This document shows, in pieces, positions 37,300 to 42,314 of a DNA stretch of 42,314 nucleotides. Source of the DNA: Methanobacteriota archaeon. Lineage in GTDB: Archaea > Hydrothermarchaeota > Hydrothermarchaeia > Hydrothermarchaeales > BMS3B. The first letter of the stretch is position 1. Each line of letters starts with the position of its first letter. The stretch lies in the NCBI GenBank assembly GCA_013152685.1, contig JAADFX010000121.1, positions 1 through 42,314 on the forward strand, given 5' to 3'. Below the pieces are notes generated by a model, which had not been told where the DNA came from, did no database searches, and saw nothing but the letters and a program-made list of their open reading frames with translations. A program made the position numbers and the translations under genes.

Positions 37300-38667
37300 A
37301 TGGAGCACATCTTTCGCGCCTACGACGTTCGCGGAGTTTTCAACGTGGATGTCACCGCCGAGGTGGCGGCGAGGATAGGTATGGCCTTCGGCACCTACCT
37401 GGGGGAAGGCCGCGTGCTCCTGGCGAGGGACCCGCGCGTTACCAGCGAGATATTTGAGCGCGCCTTCTGCTCGGGCCTTGCCTCCACAGGCGTGGACGTT
37501 TACCTGGGAGGCATGCTCCCCATACCCGTGGCCAACTTCGCGGTGGCGAGGGGAGATTACAGCGCCGGCGCCTACGTCACGGCCTCGCACAACCCGCCGG
37601 AGTACAACGGCGTGCGCTTTCGCAGAGCAGACGGCACGGGCTACACCCGGGAGAACCAGGAGGTTAAGAGGCTCTTCTTCTCGGATAAGCTCAGGCTGCC
37701 GGAGTGGAGCGGCGTGGGCGAGATTGTGGAGCTCAACCCGAAGCAGGTGCTTCAGGAGTACCAGGAGTACCTGCTGGCGAGGCTCAGCCTGGAGCGCGAG
37801 CTCAGGGTGGTCCTGGACCTGGGCAACGGCGCCGCCGGCGTGGTGGCTCCTTATGTTTTCAGAAAGGCCGGAGCGAGGGTGACGACGCTGAACGCTCAGC
37901 CTGATGGGACCTTTCCGGGGCGAAAGAGCGAGCCCGACGCAGAGAGCCTGGCCGACTTAGCTAGAGTTGTGCCTGCAGTGGGCGCAGCCTTCGGCGCGGG
38001 TTATGATGGCGACGCCGACCGCGTGGTGTTTGTGGACGACCTGGGCAGGGTGGTGCAGACTGAGAAGGTGGGGATAATAATAGCCAGGGAGATACTGCGC
38101 GAGAAGGGCGGGGGCACTGTGGTGGCGAATGTGGAGTGCTCCAGCATAGTGGAGGAGGAGCTCTCCAGGCACGGGGGGAAGGTTGAGAGGGTGCGCGTTG
38201 GCGATGTTTTCGTGTGCGAGGCGATAAAGCAGTACGGTGCGGTTTTTGCCATGGAGACGAGCGCCCACTACTTCTACCCCGACTTTTACCCCTTCGACGA
38301 CCCTATTCTAATAAGCCTGAAGCTGGCTTCGATTCTCTCAGAGCGCGGGGAGAGGCTCTCCAAGCTGGTGGATGAGATTCCAAGCTACCCGAAGCTGCAC
38401 CGCAACTTCCCCTGCGACGACAGGATCAAGTTCAGGGTGATGGACAGGATTATCCAGAGCCTCAGGGAGAAGGGCTACACACTAGACCTAACCGACGGCG
38501 CACGCATAGTCTTTGAGGACGGCTGGGCCCTGCTGAGGCCGAGCAACACCTCCCCGCTGATAAGGGCGAGCATTGAGGCTAGAACCGAGGAGCGCGTCAG
38601 GGAGCTTCTCAGCCTGGTGGAGAGGGAGCTGGAGGAGGCGAAGGATAGCGAGGTAAATGTAAAATAG
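37300..38667 (+). CDS. Phosphohexomutase (phosphoglucosamine mutase / phosphomannomutase family)
   Basis: FRAYDVRG, active-site TASHNPPEYNG, Mg-site GYDGDADR, and GETSAH-like METSAH. Confidence 0.85.
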   Translation: MEHIFRAYDVRGVFNVDVTAEVAARIGMAFGTYLGEGRVLLARDPRVTSEIFERAFCSGLASTGVDVYLGGMLPIPVANFAVARGDYSAGAYVTASHNPPEYNGVRFRRADGTGYTRENQEVKRLFFSDKLRLPEWSGVGEIVELNPKQVLQEYQEYLLARLSLERELRVVLDLGNGAAGVVAPYVFRKAGARVTTLNAQPDGTFPGRKSEPDAESLADLARVVPAVGAAFGAGYDGDADRVVFVDDLGRVVQTEKVGIIIAREILREKGGGTVVANVECSSIVEEELSRHGGKVERVRVGDVFVCEAIKQYGAVFAMETSAHYFYPDFYPFDDPILISLKLASILSERGERLSKLVDEIPSYPKLHRNFPCDDRIKFRVMDRIIQSLREKGYTLDLTDGARIVFEDGWALLRPSNTSPLIRASIEARTEERVRELLSLVERELEEAKDSEVNVK

Positions 38668-38719
38668 GTATGCGTGAGCAGAACGAAAAGGGATTGAAAC
38701 GTTAGGCTGGCTTTAGTTT

Positions 38720-39724
38720 GTGATGCTTCAAGGTGTGGTCAGGAGGATAAGGCAGCGCGCCCTGGAAGAGCTCCGCGCAAGGGGAAACTTCGCCGCATGG
38801 CGGGAGAGGGACTTCCTGCACGGGGAGAGCGTTGATGCGGGAGTTGTGGTGCTCTCCACGCGGGGCTGCGCCTGGGCGCTGCGCGGCGGCTGCACCATGT
38901 GCGGCTACGTCTACGACTCCTCCAGGCAGGTGGGCCAGGAGGAGGTGCTCCAGCAGCTCAGGCAGGCGCTGGCGGGGCTGGAGGGGGTTGCCTACCTGAA
39001 GGTGTTCAACTCCGGCAGCTTCTTTGACCCCGGGGAAATAGCCCCGGAGACGAGGCGGGAGATCTACCGCCTGGTGAACTCCCTGGGGGTTGAGCGCCTG
39101 CAGGTGGAGTCCCGCCCGGAGTACATCTCCCGGGAGGTGGTGGAGGAGGCCGTAGCCCTGCTGGAGCCGGAGCTGGAGGTGGGCATTGGCCTCGAAACCA
39201 CAAGCGACTACATTCGCGAGGTGTGCATAAACAAGGGCTTCACCCTGGCGGAGTTCGCCCGCGCCCTCGAGGTGTGCAGAGGCGCGGGTGCGAAGGTCAA
39301 GGCCTACCTGCTCATAAAGCCGCCCTTCCTCACGGAGGCTGAGGCGATTGAGGATGCCGTCAGGAGCGCCCTGAAGGCGGCGCGCATGGGTGTTTCCAGG
39401 CTCAGCTTCAACCCCGTCAATGTGCAGCGGGGCACGCTGGTGGAGGAGCTGTTCAAAAGGGGTGAGTACCGCCCGCCCTGGCTGTGGAGCGTGGTGGAGG
39501 TGGTGAGGCGCGTTAAGGCCAGGGTGGACATACCCGTGGTGTGTTCCCCCTCCGGCGCCGGCACCGGGCGGGGTGCCAGCAACTGCGGCAGGTGCGACGC
39601 TCGCGTAGTGGAGGCGCTGCGCAGCTTCTCGGCCACGCAGGAAATGCGGCACCTGGAGGAGCTGAGCTGTGCATGCAAGCGGCGCTGGAGGGAGGAGCTG
39701 GCGCTGGAGGTGTTCCTGAGGTGA
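38720..39724 (+). CDS. Radical SAM protein, TIGR01210-type (RaSEA-like, archaeosine-related)
   Basis: TRGCAWALRGGCTMCGY cysteine cluster near the N-terminus, a TIM-barrel-like alternation, and a C-terminal CGRCD...C.C cysteines. The family call is from memory of this architecture. Confidence 0.6.
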   Translation: MMLQGVVRRIRQRALEELRARGNFAAWRERDFLHGESVDAGVVVLSTRGCAWALRGGCTMCGYVYDSSRQVGQEEVLQQLRQALAGLEGVAYLKVFNSGSFFDPGEIAPETRREIYRLVNSLGVERLQVESRPEYISREVVEEAVALLEPELEVGIGLETTSDYIREVCINKGFTLAEFARALEVCRGAGAKVKAYLLIKPPFLTEAEAIEDAVRSALKAARMGVSRLSFNPVNVQRGTLVEELFKRGEYRPPWLWSVVEVVRRVKARVDIPVVCSPSGAGTGRGASNCGRCDARVVEALRSFSATQEMRHLEELSCACKRRWREELALEVFLR

Positions 39725-40119
39725 GGATAAGGGTCAGGAGGATCTGCGGCGGCTACGCCGAGGGCGAGGCGGTTGTCACGCGGGAGCCCATCACCTTCCT
39801 GGGGGGCGTCGATCCAGAGCGGGGCGTGGTGGTGGAGCACGGGCACGAGCTGGAGGGGGTGAGCATCGCCGGAAGGATTCTGGTGCTCCCCCACACCAAG
39901 GGCTCGACGGTGGGGAGCTACGTGATATACAGGATGAAGAAGCTGGGCACGGCGCCCCTCGCCATCGTCGCCGTGAGGGCGGATGAGATGCTGGCCGCGG
40001 GGGCGGTAATCTCGGGAATACCCCTGGTGGACTCCCCCGGCGGAGATGTGCTCCGCATACCCCGGGGTGCGAGGATGAGGGTAAACGCCGACGAGGGCTA
40101 CGTAGAGGTGGAAGGTTGA
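39721..40119 (+). CDS. Aconitase X swivel domain protein (DUF126; small subunit type of archaeal phosphomevalonate dehydratase)
   Basis: GTG 39721 overlaps the upstream TGA (GTGA). GEAVVTREPITFLGGVDPERGVV...GRILVLPHTKGSTVGSYVIY...GTAPLAIV matches the DUF126 pattern. The track's longer start at 39541 lies inside the previous gene. Confidence 0.65.
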   Translation: MRIRVRRICGGYAEGEAVVTREPITFLGGVDPERGVVVEHGHELEGVSIAGRILVLPHTKGSTVGSYVIYRMKKLGTAPLAIVAVRADEMLAAGAVISGIPLVDSPGGDVLRIPRGARMRVNADEGYVEVEG

Positions 40120-41201
40120 GCTACGCCGTAGCTGAGGAAGAGGAGGGCTTCGAGGAGATTATTGCCAGGGGCTTCGCCATAAGGGCGCGCTACTTCGGCA
40201 GAAGCGTGAGCTACGAGGTGGTGCCCCTCTTTGGGCACGAGCGCAGCTTTGAGATTGTGCTGCGCGGCTTCGAGGGCACTGGATACTACCCCCTATACAG
40301 GGAGAGGGACGGAAGGTACTTCATCACCATCGTGAAGAGGTCGAAGCGGGGCTTCTCCCCGCCCGGGTGGGCGCACGCGCTGCTCCTGCTGGTAACCCTG
40401 GTCACGGTAACCCTGGCGGGATACTACTGGTGGGCGGAGGGAGACCTTCTCCAGAGCCTGCTCTTCGCAGCGGCGCTGATGCTCATCCTGGGCGGCCACG
40501 AGCTGGGCCACTACCTCACCGCAAGGCGCCACCGCGTTAGTGCAACGCTGCCCTTCTTCATTCCCGTGCCCCCCAACATCTTCCCCTTTGGCACGATGGG
40601 GGCGGTAATTACCATGCGCTCCCCCATCCCGGACAGGCGCGCCCTGCTGGAGGTGGGCATCTCGGGGCCGCTCACCGGCTTCATCCTCGCGCTTCCTTTC
40701 ATTGCCTACGGGCTAATGCACTCCACGCCAGTTCCACTGGCGGAGACCAAGGATGAGATAACCTTCTTCATGCCCCTCGCCATGCAGGCGATAGCAAAGC
40801 TTGTGCTGGGCGAGCTGGGCGACGTGAGCCTTGAGGCGCATCCTCTAGCGATGGCGGGCTGGATCGGCCTGTTCGTCACCTCCCTCAACCTTCTGCCCAT
40901 GGGCCAGCTGGACGGCGGGCACGTGGTGAGGGCGCTTTTCCCCAGGCGCTACCGCCTTGTGTACAGGCTGACCTTCCTGCTGCTCCTCCTTGCCTTTCTA
41001 ATCTGGCCGGGCTGGCTCTTCTGGGCGGTGGTGGCGTACCTGATAACCCGGCTGGAGCACCCAGGTCCGCTGAACGACGTCACCCCGCTGGATGCCAGGG
41101 AAAAGCTCCTCGCTCTGGCGGCGCTTCTGCTGCTGGTGCTCACCTTCATGCCCGTGCCCTTCATCTCCACGGAGCTGCTGCTGGAGATTTCAGGGGGGTG
41201 A
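40116..41201 (+). CDS. Site-2 protease family zinc metalloprotease (M50)
   Basis: LGGHELGHYL (HExxH within a TM helix), later NLLPMGQLDGGH (NxxPxxxLDG motif), and multiple TM helices. The TTG start overlaps the upstream stop (TTGA). Confidence 0.8.
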   Translation: MSYAVAEEEEGFEEIIARGFAIRARYFGRSVSYEVVPLFGHERSFEIVLRGFEGTGYYPLYRERDGRYFITIVKRSKRGFSPPGWAHALLLLVTLVTVTLAGYYWWAEGDLLQSLLFAAALMLILGGHELGHYLTARRHRVSATLPFFIPVPPNIFPFGTMGAVITMRSPIPDRRALLEVGISGPLTGFILALPFIAYGLMHSTPVPLAETKDEITFFMPLAMQAIAKLVLGELGDVSLEAHPLAMAGWIGLFVTSLNLLPMGQLDGGHVVRALFPRRYRLVYRLTFLLLLLAFLIWPGWLFWAVVAYLITRLEHPGPLNDVTPLDAREKLLALAALLLLVLTFMPVPFISTELLLEISGG

Positions 41202-41202
41202 G

Positions 41203-41307
41203 GGTATCGGCGATAAAGCCTACTCCTCCAGAAAAAACTACAAAATTGCCAGGAGCAGGGAGATAGCCCTGATCTCGCCTCATAAGAAAAAATTCAGAAG
41301 TAAATGA
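41203..41307 (+). pseudogene. Remnant of an IS5/IS4-type DDE transposase (C-terminal ~34 codons only)
   Basis: GIGDKAYSSRKNYKIARSREIALISPHKKKFRSK* resembles the conserved DK(A/G)Y(D/S)S..N.......R.I...I(P/S)P.K block of IS5-family transposases. No upstream remainder of the gene exists. Confidence 0.45.
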
Positions 41308-41510
41308 AAGTGTGTTCTTAGTGGGAGAGAACGTTCCATTGCGTACATAGAGATGTAAGTGAAATTCGTGCACGGTTTATATGCTGCGAGGTTTGCGGTG
41401 AGCGAACATATGTATATTAAAGATTTTTACATGCTCTGACGAGAAATTTTTTTATACTACCAGCAATTATAGGAGATGTCCGGAGAAAGAGGGGGAGAAT
41501 CACCCCGGAG

Positions 41511-41975
41511 GTGATGCGAACGGTCTTTGAGGAGGATATTCAGGGACTGAAGGAGTTTGTTGAGAGAGCGAGGAAAAGGGAACTTGAAGCAATTGATGTT
41601 TTGAAAGTATCTATATTTTCATCAGGTTTCATAGTAGGTACAATTCTCATAATACTAAAAGTAAAAATATTTATAGCTCTTTCACTTTTGTTAATTTATT
41701 TTATTGTTTCTTCGGTTATTTTTGGATTATTATTCATGAAAAAGGATTTAGAAGAACATGCAAGGCTTGCTGCCATTTTGATTGGGGGATCTCTCTGGAT
41801 TTTAACTGGAGAACTGTACGAATGGTATACTGGTTGGGAACTTGATCCAACACGTGTTCCTTGGCTTCAGGCATGGGAATCTCCGGGATTTTACATCGGG
41901 GCATTTATAGGGCTAATAACTGGAATCATCGTATACAGATCCATCAAAAAATTCTATGGGGGTGGGAAGAAGTGA
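41511..41975 (+). CDS. Low-GC membrane protein (about 4 TM), hypothetical
   Basis: GGAGGTGATG start region. Coding sequence is visibly AT-rich (A/T-ending codons), unlike the rest of the window. Hydrophobic helices FIVGTILIILKV, IALSLLLIYFIVSSVIFGLLF, AAILIGGSLWIL, FYIGAFIGLITGIIV. Confidence 0.6.
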   Translation: MMRTVFEEDIQGLKEFVERARKRELEAIDVLKVSIFSSGFIVGTILIILKVKIFIALSLLLIYFIVSSVIFGLLFMKKDLEEHARLAAILIGGSLWILTGELYEWYTGWELDPTRVPWLQAWESPGFYIGAFIGLITGIIVYRSIKKFYGGGKK

Positions 41976-41977
41976 GG

Positions 41978-42211
41978 ATGTTTTCATTAATTTTAACAGT
42001 TACGATTATATGTGTGGCGGTTTATATGCCCTAGGTTTATGCACAGAGTGGCGGCTCTAGCTCAACAGCAGATTCCAAGGGCAATGCTTCCATAATTGAA
42101 AAGCTCGCTTATGGTAAAAGCGGCTGGAAGCAGACCGGTTGTGAGCTGTGGCATTTCGGAGACGGGCGCTGGGTTGTAGCCTCTGTCAGCTCCTTGCTCA
42201 CCGCAACCTGA
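41978..42211 (+). pseudogene. Small secreted-protein ORF interrupted by one in-frame TAG (42032-42034)
   Basis: ATG 41978 MFSLILTVTIICVAVYMP-TAG-VYAQSGGSSSTADSKGNAS...SLLTAT-TGA(42209-42211). The hydrophobic signal and the VYA/QS cleavage-type site straddle the stop. Confidence 0.3.
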
Positions 42212-42219
42212 AGGGGTAG

Positions 42220-42314
42220 CTATCTCCCGAACCTGCGCTGCCTCTGCTGGTATGTCCTCAGGGCGCGCAGGAAGTCTATCTTCCTGAACTTGGGCCAGAA
42301 GGTCTCGCAGAAGT
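42220..42314 (-). CDS. uppS: 3' end of cis-prenyltransferase (undecaprenyl-diphosphate synthase family), partial
   Basis: The reverse strand reads ...[30 protein letters not shown], matching the conserved C-terminus (LWP.F...DF..A...Y..R.RRFG) of UPP synthases. Confidence 0.6.
   Translation of the reverse strand, partial: FCETFWPKFRKIDFLRALRTYQQRQRRFGR

Noticed and set aside
38671-38700. CRISPR-repeat-like end motif (…gaacgaaaagggattgaaac)
   Set aside because: It is a single occurrence in a 52-nt intergenic spacer. No second copy, no spacer periodicity and no cas genes are present in the window.
38702-39652. 316-aa minus-strand ORF
   Set aside because: It is antisense to the radical SAM gene and has typical reverse-frame composition.
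41499-41515. 6-bp hairpin (atcacc-ccgga-ggtgat) covering the SD and start of the low-GC membrane gene
   Set aside because: The stem is too short and unsupported by conservation to be called a regulatory structure.
1-42314. Search for tRNA, rRNA, CRISPR arrays, toxin-antitoxin or defence-system signatures
   Set aside because: I could find no T-loop or anticodon-arm-like cloverleaf segments, no rRNA-like stretches, no periodic repeats, and no nuclease, ATPase or methylase motif clusters typical of defence islands.

Overview
High-GC archaeal (euryarchaeote-like) chromosomal window. Coding regions are strongly GC3-biased and separated by short AT-rich spacers with TATA-box-like elements. This makes strand and frame choice fairly clear and explains the many long spurious antisense ORFs in the track. 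Archaeal hallmarks recognised from motifs: archaemetzincin, aSUI1, Sec11-type signal peptidase, DUF99, RlmE-TRAM, ScpB, a TIGR01210/RaSEA-like radical SAM protein, AcnX-swivel (DUF126), HdrBC and CetZ-like tubulin homologues. No tRNA, rRNA or CRISPR array was seen. Layout: (i) 1-3.0 kb holds two paralogous helical envelope proteins, DUF99 and a C-terminally anchored BNR propeller. (ii) 3.2-20.6 kb is a cell-surface / extracellular-electron-transfer style island. It contains a secreted ~1,686-aa cytochrome with about 40 CxxCH motifs (manual count) built from nested internal repeats, two tandem tetrahaem paralogs, an embedded signal peptidase, a polytopic membrane protein, a C-terminally anchored pentahaem cytochrome, a lipoprotein, and large beta-helix/Ig-repeat surface proteins. 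(iii) 20.6-29.9 kb is the best candidate for an undescribed system. Two divergent CetZ/tubulin-superfamily GTPases bracket a membrane-hairpin coiled-coil protein in one start/stop-overlapped operon. Next to this operon lie a divergent pair of secreted, tail-anchored proteins and a single-pass beta-propeller protein with a large cytoplasmic domain. (iv) 29.9-41.2 kb is mostly housekeeping: rlmE-TRAM, hdrBC, two half-ferritin-like minigenes, MgtC/DUF4010, SUI1, scpB, an FAD protein, a phosphohexomutase, a radical SAM protein, DUF126 and an M50 protease. (v) 41.2-42.3 kb holds an IS5-type transposase remnant, an abrupt low-GC patch with a membrane protein, a TAG-interrupted secreted mini-ORF, and the 3' end of uppS. 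All family calls come from motif recognition by eye; no database search was possible.
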